The notes under the pieces were generated by a model that did not search any database, was not told the DNA's origin, and saw only the letters and a list, made by a program, of their open reading frames with translations. Positions 40,748 through 49,973 of a stretch of 64,000 bases of DNA are shown piece by piece. Source of the stretch: an uncultured bacterium (GTDB lineage: Bacteria; Desulfobacterota_D; UBA1144; Nemesobacterales; UBA2774); assembly GCA_963705505.1 (NCBI GenBank), contig CAVPJU010000010.1, positions 768,001 through 832,000 on the forward strand, in the 5' to 3' direction. The stretch's first letter is position 1, and each line of letters begins with the position of its first letter. A program made the position numbers and the translations under genes.

Positions 40748-41212
40748 ATGAAATTATATTTATTAGAGAGAAAACTGGGGCTCCCGATTACGGTGACGGA
40801 GGCGTGGGACTTCTTTTCGAATCCCGCGAACCTGACGCTTATCACGCCGCCGGGGCTCGGGTTTAAGATGATTTCGGAGACGCCCGGGAGAATTCATCCC
40901 GGTCTCATTCTGACATATGAGCTCTCGCCCTTTTTCGGCTTACGCGTAAAATGGGTTACCGAAATAACTCATGTGAACGAGCCCGAATTTTTCGTGGACG
41001 ACCAGCGCCTGGGCCCGTACAAGTTCTGGCACCATATGCATATTTTTAAAGAAATTAAAGGAGGCGTTGAGGTCAGCGACCGGGTGCATTATGCCCTGCC
41101 TCTCGGCCCAATCGGGAGCATTGCTCATGAATTAATGGTGAAAAAGCAGCTCGACGAAATATTCGATTACAGAGGGGAGTATCTGGAAAAGAAGTTCGGG
41201 AGGATTTGCTGA
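40748..41212 (+). CDS. SRPBCC family protein
   Basis: AWDFFSNPANL..ITPP, WVTEIT and FVDDQRLGPYKFWHH motifs. Confidence 0.88.
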   Translation: MKLYLLERKLGLPITVTEAWDFFSNPANLTLITPPGLGFKMISETPGRIHPGLILTYELSPFFGLRVKWVTEITHVNEPEFFVDDQRLGPYKFWHHMHIFKEIKGGVEVSDRVHYALPLGPIGSIAHELMVKKQLDEIFDYRGEYLEKKFGRIC

Positions 41213-41256
41213 ACATCCACTATAAATTTCGGCGGAGAGTCGGCGTTCTTATCCGA

Positions 41257-41284
41257 TTGACACTGTTGTCAGGGAAAATATAAT
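41257..41284 (+). promoter_or_regulatory. Consensus sigma70 promoter, near-leaderless, for the gene at 41293
   Basis: TTGACA(41257)-16 bp-TATAAT(41279). ATG lies 8 nt downstream with no SD. Confidence 0.75.
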
Positions 41285-41292
41285 TTTCTAAT

Positions 41293-42579
41293 ATGAAGGA
41301 TCCGATAATAGATATCGCACAGTATAAATACGACCAGGCCGAGAAAGAGCTCCGCATCAAGCTCTCGGAGTACACCGAGCGGCCAGAAATACAATCGCAG
41401 ATAGGGGAAGCCTTTTATATATGGAAGGACGACCCAGACTTCCTGGACGAGGAGATATCCGAAGACAGGGTCGACGATCTCACATTCGAGAAGTTCTTCG
41501 ACTGGTTCTTATACGACTTCAAGCTTCTGGATACGGGTGAAAGGGTTATCGAAAATTTCTATGAAGATGCAAGAGGAACGCTTTCCGAGGCTGAAGAATC
41601 AATAATCAAAGGATGGCTCGATAGTATTTATAGCTTTTTCGAGGTCGAGGAGGTCGTACCGGGAGAATATTGCAGCGTAAGGGACCTGCTCTTGAAAAAA
41701 GAATACAAGGTCCACGACTCTTCATCGTCGAAGAAGCTTCAGCGTTCCGATATTATAGGGGCAAGACCCCTGAACACAGGCGACAATACATACTTCTCGG
41801 GAGTCATCTCCGTCTACCCTGCAGCCTTTAAAAAAATAATTCTCGAGTACTTCGACAGCGAATTTAGACACTACAGGAAATCCTACGGCGCGGATAGGAA
41901 TGTAAACGAATACCTGAGAGACTGGGGCTTTCAGATATCCAACTACGTAGAGGACCTGGCAAATAACCCTCAATTCATTACTCCCGAAGGCGAAGAGGTG
42001 GTCCTGGCATCGGCAACCTACATCATGAAGGACAGATCCGAAGTACTGAAACTGATAGAAAAAATCAAATCACTTAAGCTGATAAGCGGGACTAACGACG
42101 AGATACGGATATACAGCCTGGAAAAAGAAGGGGATAACAATATATCCGGCTCCCTGGAGGCTTCAGATAACAAAATTAAAATTGAGACTTATTCGCTCGA
42201 TATGCTTAATAAAGCCAAATCCATGATCGAGAAAGAGCTTGAGGGCCGCATAGAGCACCTGGAAGACAGCACAAAGGGCCTGGATTCCTACATAAGAAAA
42301 AATAAAGATGAGAAAATGAAATTGAAGAAACTCCCGCCGGGTGTCAAAAGCATAAAAGAACTTGAGAAGAAACTGGACGAATACTACGCCGGCTGGATAG
42401 ACCAGCCTCTCCCCGCGCTCGAAGGCAGAACACCGAGAGAAGCGACAAGAACACCGGAGGGAAGAAAGGAGCTTAATCTTGTTTTAACCGAGCTCGAGAA
42501 TATATACAAACACGCGAAAACGCGCGGCGAACCTTATTTTGATCTTAATAAAATAAGGAAAGAACTGAATTTGAAATAA
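41293..42579 (+). CDS. Conserved hypothetical protein with C-terminal Xre/MbcA/ParS (DUF2384)-like motif
   Basis: FFDWFLYD and YSFFEVEEV.PG motifs plus C-terminal WIDQPLPALEGRTPREA, resembling SEC-C-associated proteins. No SEC-C cysteine motif is present. Confidence 0.65.
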   Translation: MKDPIIDIAQYKYDQAEKELRIKLSEYTERPEIQSQIGEAFYIWKDDPDFLDEEISEDRVDDLTFEKFFDWFLYDFKLLDTGERVIENFYEDARGTLSEAEESIIKGWLDSIYSFFEVEEVVPGEYCSVRDLLLKKEYKVHDSSSSKKLQRSDIIGARPLNTGDNTYFSGVISVYPAAFKKIILEYFDSEFRHYRKSYGADRNVNEYLRDWGFQISNYVEDLANNPQFITPEGEEVVLASATYIMKDRSEVLKLIEKIKSLKLISGTNDEIRIYSLEKEGDNNISGSLEASDNKIKIETYSLDMLNKAKSMIEKELEGRIEHLEDSTKGLDSYIRKNKDEKMKLKKLPPGVKSIKELEKKLDEYYAGWIDQPLPALEGRTPREATRTPEGRKELNLVLTELENIYKHAKTRGEPYFDLNKIRKELNLK

Positions 42580-42768
42580 CCGGCCGGCTCAAACACCGCG
42601 CCCTTTCCCGAACCGTAAGCAGGATTGAAAAACTTCGAGTGAATCGGCATAAACAGACCCGGTTATCAACCCGAATGCGGAGGAAGAGAAATCAAAAAGA
42701 AATAATAAAGGTTAATAAACGGCAAATAGAAGAAAAATAATTATCACCTAACGATACTTAATGGCTTG

Positions 42769-42891
42769 TGACGGTTGGTAAGTACCCGTCATAATACTAA
42801 AGTATTAACCAATTTGTCAGAATACATACTTTCTTAGTATCAAAAGACCTACTTAAGTCTCGTTGACTGTGTCTAACCCCACACATATACT
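42769..42891 (+). promoter_or_regulatory. Promoter of the polysaccharide locus with upstream inverted repeats
   Basis: TTGACT(42863)-17 bp-TATACT(42886). Inverted repeats TAATACT-AA-AGTATTA (42792-42807), ATACT-N5-AGTAT (42826-42840) and TGACGG..CCGTCA (42769-42791). AGGAGG RBS at 42905. Confidence 0.7.
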
Positions 42892-42924
42892 ATATTATAG
42901 ATTCAGGAGGGGAGGGTAACGATC

Positions 42925-43678
42925 ATGTCCCAATGTAAAAAGATAACCTTTTCATTATTCGTGGCGGCACTGATATCACTCCAAACTGTCAGCACGGTAT
43001 TTGCCCAAACTTCCCTGGACGCCCAGGTTTCGCTCGGTACAATGAAGGTATCGGACGAAGTGAAGGTTACACTCATTGACGGCAGTGAAGTTATGCTAAA
43101 GAACGAAAGTTATCCGATTTACCCTGATATGATTATAGATACTCTCAATAACGGCAAAGCTACGCTTATAGTCAACGGCGGCAAATACGTGATTGAGCCC
43201 AATTCAGTTTTCAAAGTCCAATCCATAGGGGACGGAATGGCCGGGCTTTTACTCACTCAAGGGCGATCAGGGGGAAGTCTGTTATTGCTTTAATCCGAAA
43301 GGCGGTTTCCTTGTAGATACGCCCGAGGCCGATACGATTCCTCCGAACGGGAGCGCGGTTAAAACGGGGACACCCCAGTACGTCGACGGCAGGACAAATG
43401 TCAAAAATAACATTACTTCAGCTATTCAATACGACGGGTACGCCGATTTTAAAACGAATATCAATACTCAAACACTCGAGCCGGGAGACGCCGCTTCAAG
43501 TCCTAAGGAACAAAACCCATATGATTCATTCGAAAACAAATCCGGATGTTGCACACCTGCTGCAGCTCCCCTACTGATACCGGCGGCGGTCGGCGCGGCT
43601 GCAGTTACCGGCGCTGTCATTTGCGGAGCCGCTTGCGGCAATGATGACGATAGTAACGCCAGCAACGTACTCAGGTAG
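42925..43678 (+). CDS. Exported FecR-like beta-rich protein with C-terminal hydrophobic anchor, interrupted by a +1 frameshift near 43261
   Basis: Signal-peptide ORF 42925-43293. The next frame is open from 43262 to TAG at 43678: GDQGEVCYCFNPKGGFLVDTPEA...GCCTPAAAPLLIPAAVGAAAVTGAVICGAACGNDDDSNASNVLR*. Confidence 0.65.
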
Positions 43679-43786
43679 AGGCAATAGGGACTTTAATATC
43701 AACTAATAAAGATTACTTAAATTTGCTATAACGATTATACTACTCGCACGGAGAGGATGTATAATTAAGTTATAGGTGGAGAGGGT

Positions 43787-44788
43787 GTGTATTTGAATAA
43801 ATTTTTTAAATTCGGATTATATTTGCTGGTGCTGGCGAGTGTTCTTTACACATCGTGCGGCGGGGGTTCAAAATCCAGCAGCGAATATACGCTGCCCCAG
43901 GCTAAAAGAGACGTTAACACGGAGAGTCAGGAGCTCAACCGAAAGCTCATTCAGGAAACGTTCAGTTCAAACGTTGCAGTCGATTATCTCATAGGGCCGG
44001 GAGACCTCCTGAGTATTCAAGTGCTTGAAGCGCCGGAACTCAATACGGAAGCAAGAGTGAACTCGCAGAACACCATCTCATTCCCGCTTTTGGGGAAGGT
44101 CGATATCGGAGGACTTACAGCTCAAGAGTCGGAGCAAAAAATCCAGGAGCTTCTGACCGAAAAATATATGAATGATCCCCATGTCGTTGTATCCATAAAG
44201 GAGTTCAGGAGTCAAAGGGTAGCGGTGATAGGCAGTGTGAAAAACCCGGGGACTTATGAGCTTCTGGGTAAGGGAAACCTTCTCGACGCCCTTGCACTGG
44301 CAGGCGGATTGTCCGAAAAAGCCAGTCAGGTCGCGTATGTGTCCCGCAAGAACAAAGAGGGACAGGAAAAATCTGTCCAAATAGATCTCAATGAGCTGCT
44401 CGACGAAGGCAAATCGGATCTGAATATTCCTATTAATATGGGGGACGTCGTTTATATTCCTCAGGCCGGCGTAGTATACGTAGACGGAGCTGTAAACAAA
44501 CCCGGAACATTCCAAATACAGGAAAATATGACCGTCAGCCAGGCACTTACCGCGGCCGGAGGCCTCTCCAAAACGGCAGAGTCATCCGACGTGAGATTAA
44601 TAAGAAATAAAAAAGGGCAGATGCAGGTCACTCCGGTGGATCTGGATCAAATAAAAGACGGGCAAACACCGGATATAATTATAGAGGATCAGGATGTAAT
44701 AGTGGTAGGCAAGAATGCAATAAAATCCTTCTTCGATACTATCAAACTTGGATTGTTCTTCCCGCCATTCAGCGTAGGGGTTCAGTAA
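43787..44788 (+). CDS. wza: Polysaccharide export protein (OPX/Wza family, SLBB domains), lipoprotein
   Basis: Lipobox-like YTSC, DYLIGPGDLL..V poly_export motif, and two SLBB repeats (V.VIGSVKNPG; VYVDGAVNKPG). Confidence 0.88.
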   Translation: MYLNKFFKFGLYLLVLASVLYTSCGGGSKSSSEYTLPQAKRDVNTESQELNRKLIQETFSSNVAVDYLIGPGDLLSIQVLEAPELNTEARVNSQNTISFPLLGKVDIGGLTAQESEQKIQELLTEKYMNDPHVVVSIKEFRSQRVAVIGSVKNPGTYELLGKGNLLDALALAGGLSEKASQVAYVSRKNKEGQEKSVQIDLNELLDEGKSDLNIPINMGDVVYIPQAGVVYVDGAVNKPGTFQIQENMTVSQALTAAGGLSKTAESSDVRLIRNKKGQMQVTPVDLDQIKDGQTPDIIIEDQDVIVVGKNAIKSFFDTIKLGLFFPPFSVGVQ

Positions 44789-44819
44789 CACTAAATGAGA
44801 TCGCAAGAGAAGACACAAT

Positions 44820-47186
44820 ATGGAAAATAATAGAGATAATATGATCGGAGATAACAGAGGCAGGAACCTGGTTCCGGAAAATGAGGAGAGAGCACTCCGT
44901 ACGTATCAACATGCCCCTGAGACATTAAGGGCTTACCCGGTCGAGGAAGAAAGCAGCATACACCGCTACGTGGAAGTCGTGCTGAGGCGGAAAAAAATTA
45001 TCATCGCCTTTTTTGCAATCGTGCTGATATCGACCATGATTGCCACATATTTAACAGAGCCGGAATACAAAGCAACAGCCAAATTGGAAATCTCGCTTGA
45101 AAACCCGAAAGTAGTAAACTTTGACCAGGTGGTCGAACTCGAAACCAAATCCCAAGAGTTTTATGAAACGCAGTATCTGCTCCTTAAAAGCCAGACTCTG
45201 GCGAAACAGGTAGTAGAAAAGCTCAACCTGGCCGAGAACCCGGAATTCAGCGGGAAGAACAAGAAGCCGAGCCTGATCTCAAGGGTAACGTCCAGCATCA
45301 AGGGCACGATACGAAGCACCCTAAGCGGAATAAAAAGGATGATCATCAGGCCGCCCGACATCGTACCCTCGAGCGCCGACGCGGCAATTGCCGAGATCAC
45401 CAAACAGGACGGACTCATAAACGGTTTTATCGGCAGGCTTGAAATATCGCCCGTCGGCAACTCCCGACTCGTCGAAGTAAGCTTCGTATCACACGACCGC
45501 AAGCTCGCGGCCGACGCAGTTAATACATTGAGCGATACATTCATAGACTGGATCCTCAACAGAAAACTGGACGCGACTAAACAGGGAAGGGATTTCCTGA
45601 GAAAACAGATAGAGCAGGCCCAGACAAACCTTGAACAGTCCGAAGAGAAGCTCAATGAATTCGCCAAGAGCAACGATATCGTTTCTCTGGACGAAAAGAT
45701 GAACATAACTTACCACACGTTCTCAGAACTGAACGACGCCCTGGCGAAAGCGGAGACATCGAGGCTCGAGAAGGAATCGCTTTACAAGCACGTTCAAAAC
45801 GGAAACATAGGTTCACTGCCTTTGGTGGTAAACGACCCGTATATACAGAACCTGAAGGGAGAGCAGGCTAAAGCAAATTCGGAATACAGCCAGATGAGTG
45901 CGACTTTCAAACCCGGCTACCCAAAGGTGAAGGAGCTCGGAGCCAAGGTAGCTGAATTGCAGAGGAAGATCGACGAGGCAGAAAACAGCGTAGCCGCTTC
46001 GATCAAATCCGATTATGAAGGCGCATTGCAAAAAGAAGAAACTTTAAGAGAAAGCTACCAGAAGCAGAAGACCCTTGCATCCGCACTTAACGATAAATCG
46101 ATCCAGTACAACATCTTAAAGAGGGAAGTGGAATCGAATGAAACCATTTATAACACTCTTTTACAAAGATTAAAAGAAACTGAGGTCTCTTCCGCTATCA
46201 AAGCAAGCAGCATACAGGTCGTAGATTATGCTCAAATACCCTTTATGCCGTTTAAACCCAATGTGACTTTGAATCTGCTTTTTGCCTGCATAATCGGGTT
46301 AGGCGGAGGAATTTTCCTGGCCTTTTTCATGGAGTTCTACGACAATACCATAAAGACACCCGAAGAAGTGAGGGACAAGCTGAAACTCCCGGTCCTCGGA
46401 GGGGTATTCGAATCGCATCAGACGGACGGCTTAGGTTCTCCGGTGGAGAAATCGTTCCTGCTCGACCCGAGATCCCATATTGCCGAATCATTCAGGACGA
46501 TCAGGACCTCCCTGCTCCTTTCGACCCCCGGAAAACCGCCCCGCTCGATTCTTATAACGAGCTGCTTCCCGGCGGAAGGAAAAACTACCGTTTCAATCAA
46601 TCTGGCCTCGTCTTTCGCGCAGGCCGGAAGCAAAGTCCTTCTTCTCGAGGCCGACCTCAGGCGTCCGAGAATCGGAACGGTTCTGGGGAACAACGGGAAC
46701 GGCCTCAGCAGTTACCTGACCGGCAACTCGAATCTCAGCGAGATCATATCTCAGGGGGAGATACCGAACTTATATGTACTCCCCGTCGGTCCGATACCCA
46801 TCAACCCCGCAGAGCTTCTGGGCTCAAATCACATGAAAGAGTTACTTCAGACGCTGAGCCAGGAATACGACTACATTATCGTTGACGGTCCCCCTGCATT
46901 AGGGTTTGTCGATGCCCATATCATATCCAGTCTCGTGGACGGAGTCGCAGTAGTCATAAGGGCCGGAAAAACACCCAGGAATTCGATCAGGGAGCTGATA
47001 GAGAGACTCTGGAGCCTAAAATCCAATTTCCTGGGAGTAATTGTCAACGGCATAGAACTCAATCAGAACAGTTACTACTATAAGTCTTACAATTATTACT
47101 ACGGCGAAGAGGAAGAAAAGAAAAAGCTCACAGCCGCGACGTCCGACGAGAAAAAAAGGCGGGACGATTTGGGTAAATCTTTATAA
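44820..47186 (+). CDS. wzc: Polysaccharide co-polymerase / BY-kinase (Wzc/GumC)
   Basis: Two TMs flanking a coiled-coil, ESFRTIRT, Walker A PAEGKTT, ADLRRP, VDGPP and a C-terminal Tyr cluster SYYYKSYNYYYG. Confidence 0.93.
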   Translation: MENNRDNMIGDNRGRNLVPENEERALRTYQHAPETLRAYPVEEESSIHRYVEVVLRRKKIIIAFFAIVLISTMIATYLTEPEYKATAKLEISLENPKVVNFDQVVELETKSQEFYETQYLLLKSQTLAKQVVEKLNLAENPEFSGKNKKPSLISRVTSSIKGTIRSTLSGIKRMIIRPPDIVPSSADAAIAEITKQDGLINGFIGRLEISPVGNSRLVEVSFVSHDRKLAADAVNTLSDTFIDWILNRKLDATKQGRDFLRKQIEQAQTNLEQSEEKLNEFAKSNDIVSLDEKMNITYHTFSELNDALAKAETSRLEKESLYKHVQNGNIGSLPLVVNDPYIQNLKGEQAKANSEYSQMSATFKPGYPKVKELGAKVAELQRKIDEAENSVAASIKSDYEGALQKEETLRESYQKQKTLASALNDKSIQYNILKREVESNETIYNTLLQRLKETEVSSAIKASSIQVVDYAQIPFMPFKPNVTLNLLFACIIGLGGGIFLAFFMEFYDNTIKTPEEVRDKLKLPVLGGVFESHQTDGLGSPVEKSFLLDPRSHIAESFRTIRTSLLLSTPGKPPRSILITSCFPAEGKTTVSINLASSFAQAGSKVLLLEADLRRPRIGTVLGNNGNGLSSYLTGNSNLSEIISQGEIPNLYVLPVGPIPINPAELLGSNHMKELLQTLSQEYDYIIVDGPPALGFVDAHIISSLVDGVAVVIRAGKTPRNSIRELIERLWSLKSNFLGVIVNGIELNQNSYYYKSYNYYYGEEEEKKKLTAATSDEKKRRDDLGKSL

Positions 47187-47285
47187 GACAATTGAATCTC
47201 GGGGATATTCTCCCTTCGTAACGTATTTTCTTCAGCGATAAATACACTTATCCGTAAATTTTTTCTTAATTCCGCGGCTCGTCAT

Positions 47286-48512
47286 ATGAAATTTACGATA
47301 GGCTCGAGGCTTTCCCTCTATGTATCAATCCTCCTGACGATACTGATATCGTTATTTCTGGCCTGGAATTCGGCGAGGAACTGGCTCGCATACGTTTATG
47401 CGAGCGACCCGCCTCCCGAAGGATTCATGGAAGCTATCTCGATCGAGGGTGGGAATTCGGATTTCTACTTCCTGCTGGGGCAATATTATGATAATTACGA
47501 CATCTCCGCTCCACGAGACCGGGTCTATAAACTGTATAGGAGCGCTCTTGAACTTAACCCGTTAAACTACAATTACTGGTACTACCTGGCCGAATTCCTT
47601 TCGGAGGAAGGCAAACGGGACAAGGCGCTATTTGCCCTTAATCAGGCTACGGAGCTATCCCCCGGCGTCGTTGCACTCAGATGGAGGGCGGGAATGCTTG
47701 CCTCGAGGCTTGGAGACGAGAAATCTCTCGCGGACAACCTCAGCCCCGTAATGGCCTTTGATCCGGAAAGGCGGAAAAAAGCTTTTATAGTCGTTTGGCA
47801 GTCACTCAGGAACGGAGATAAAATCTTAAAAATCATCCCCGAGATCGCACTCCCCGAATATTTGAATTTCCTCATAGAAACGCGGAGAATACCCGAGGCC
47901 CAAAAAGCTTTGGGGAAATTTTCAAATATCAAAGAAATCCCTGAATCTACATTCCTCAGATACGTAAGCATGTTGATCGATGAGAGCATGATTGAGAGCG
48001 CCAAACACACCTGGGTCAGCAAATTCGGAGACTGGGACGGAATCTGGAACGGTAATTTTGATAAGGGTCTCACGAACGGCGGGTTTGATTGGAATTTCAA
48101 CGACGCGCAAGGTGCGAAGATAACAATGGACAATGACACCGGCGGAAAGGGGAACTCAGTCAAGATAGAATTCGACGGAACGAACAACGTGGATTTTTAT
48201 AATTTCCGGCAACACGTTCCCGTTGAGGGAAATACACGCTACGAGCTCAGTGCGTTTATGAAAAGTCAGGATTTGTCGACGAGAAACGGCCTCTTTTGGG
48301 AAGTATATTGCCCCCGGAGTAAAGAATTAGACGCAAAAACCGAAGAAGTTCTGGGAACAACGGATTGGCATCCGGTTACCGTTACATTCCAAACACCCGA
48401 AGACTGCAATTTCCTCAGGATAGTACTGCGCCGTTCCAAAAGCGATGAAATACACGGCAATATTTCCGGGACTGTCTGGATCGATGATATAGCTTTGAAG
48501 AAAATAAACTAG
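47286..48512 (+). CDS. Membrane-anchored TPR protein with C-terminal carbohydrate-binding-like domain
   Basis: N-terminal TM, TPR-like YRSALELNP / A.ELSP segments, and a CBM4/9-like C-terminus (IWNGNF...GGFDW...GTTDW...F.TP...GTVWIDDI). Confidence 0.75.
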   Translation: MKFTIGSRLSLYVSILLTILISLFLAWNSARNWLAYVYASDPPPEGFMEAISIEGGNSDFYFLLGQYYDNYDISAPRDRVYKLYRSALELNPLNYNYWYYLAEFLSEEGKRDKALFALNQATELSPGVVALRWRAGMLASRLGDEKSLADNLSPVMAFDPERRKKAFIVVWQSLRNGDKILKIIPEIALPEYLNFLIETRRIPEAQKALGKFSNIKEIPESTFLRYVSMLIDESMIESAKHTWVSKFGDWDGIWNGNFDKGLTNGGFDWNFNDAQGAKITMDNDTGGKGNSVKIEFDGTNNVDFYNFRQHVPVEGNTRYELSAFMKSQDLSTRNGLFWEVYCPRSKELDAKTEEVLGTTDWHPVTVTFQTPEDCNFLRIVLRRSKSDEIHGNISGTVWIDDIALKKIN

Positions 48513-48528
48513 AACGACGTTATCGTAG

Positions 48529-49911
48529 ATGCCCTTTATAAAAGACAAGCTAATACCTCTGATTATCAACGTCGGGATTGTGCTGATTCTAATGTCCCCT
48601 TTGCCATACGGTAATGTGGAGACATGGTCGGTATCCCTGATTGAGATAATCGCATTCCTGACATTCGGGGTCTGGTCGATCGGGGAAATACTTAAAAGAC
48701 GCATACGTATATTACAGTCGCCCTTATATCTGCCGATAGCACTCTTTTTCATCGTTATTCTGTTTCAGACAGTGGAGCTTCCGGACTCAATTCTCGATTT
48801 CATATCCCCCCATAAGGCGGAGCTGTTTCAAAACAAGAGCGCAGCGCTCCGGAATATATTCGGCGACGGCATAAAACTCTCAAATTCAATCAGTCTCTAC
48901 CCGTTCCTGACAAAAGAAAAATTACTAATATACCTTTCGTACGCCGCATTTTTCCTTATCGTTTCCAACTACATAAAAACAAGCACACAAATAAAGAGAT
49001 TCATCCGTATTGTCTTTACAATATCGATCGTGGAATCACTGATCGGACTTCTCCAGTATATCGCCAGCGGGACTAAGGTGCCGGCGTCAGGCACTTACAT
49101 CAATCCCAACCATTTCGCGGGACTGCTGATCGTAGTTATCCCTTTATTTTTAGGATACATACTATATCGTGGCACCAATAAAAATGCCGGATCAAACCGG
49201 CGGGAAGACAGAATAAAAATTCTATTTTCCGCTCAATTTCTCCTGCTGTTCGCAACGTCCCTTATGGCTATAAGCTTAATAGTCGCACAATCCCGGGGAG
49301 CGATATTCTCGTTTGTGGTCTCAATTATAATCTTTTATATATTGATCTCCCGCAATAAAAAAAGCGGTTCGATAAAATTATTTCTGGGCATATTTTTTGC
49401 GATTGTAATCCTCTACTCGATATGGATAGGATTGGACCCGGTAATTGAAAAATTTTCGGATACGACAAAAGAACTCCCTAATCGTACGTACATATGGAAA
49501 GATTCGCTTAACCTTATAAAAGACTTTCCTATTTTAGGCACAGGTCTAGGGAATTTTAACCTGGCTTACACGCTCTATAAAAAAGAAGCGTTTTGGCCCT
49601 ATGTCTACGACCACGCTCATAATGATTATATCGAACTTGCCGCAGAGACCGGGTTGGTAGGATTCATCTTGGTTCTATGGGCATTGGTAGCGTTTTTTAA
49701 AACCGCGTTGTCTGACGAGAGAAATTTCTCTCCGAACCGGGACCCTCTCAGGTATTATCTCTTCCTGGGGTGCCTGAGCGGGATGCTGGGTATGCTGACT
49801 CACGCTATTACAGAATTCGATTTCCAAATACCGGCTAATACGTACTACTTCGTATTCTTATTGGGACTGTCGAGCAGCATGTCGAATGTGCTAATCGGAA
49901 GGAAGAAATAA
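48529..49911 (+). CDS. O-antigen ligase family (Wzy_C) membrane protein
   Basis: Multi-TM with GTYINPNHFAG, SRGA, R..IW, FP.LGTGLG and HAHNDY motifs. Confidence 0.88.
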   Translation: MPFIKDKLIPLIINVGIVLILMSPLPYGNVETWSVSLIEIIAFLTFGVWSIGEILKRRIRILQSPLYLPIALFFIVILFQTVELPDSILDFISPHKAELFQNKSAALRNIFGDGIKLSNSISLYPFLTKEKLLIYLSYAAFFLIVSNYIKTSTQIKRFIRIVFTISIVESLIGLLQYIASGTKVPASGTYINPNHFAGLLIVVIPLFLGYILYRGTNKNAGSNRREDRIKILFSAQFLLLFATSLMAISLIVAQSRGAIFSFVVSIIIFYILISRNKKSGSIKLFLGIFFAIVILYSIWIGLDPVIEKFSDTTKELPNRTYIWKDSLNLIKDFPILGTGLGNFNLAYTLYKKEAFWPYVYDHAHNDYIELAAETGLVGFILVLWALVAFFKTALSDERNFSPNRDPLRYYLFLGCLSGMLGMLTHAITEFDFQIPANTYYFVFLLGLSSSMSNVLIGRKK

Positions 49912-49973
49912 TTAAAACGATTCGTTTCTGAACCCCTCGCAGCCGTCGGCACCCGGCTCGAACTGACCGTCTT

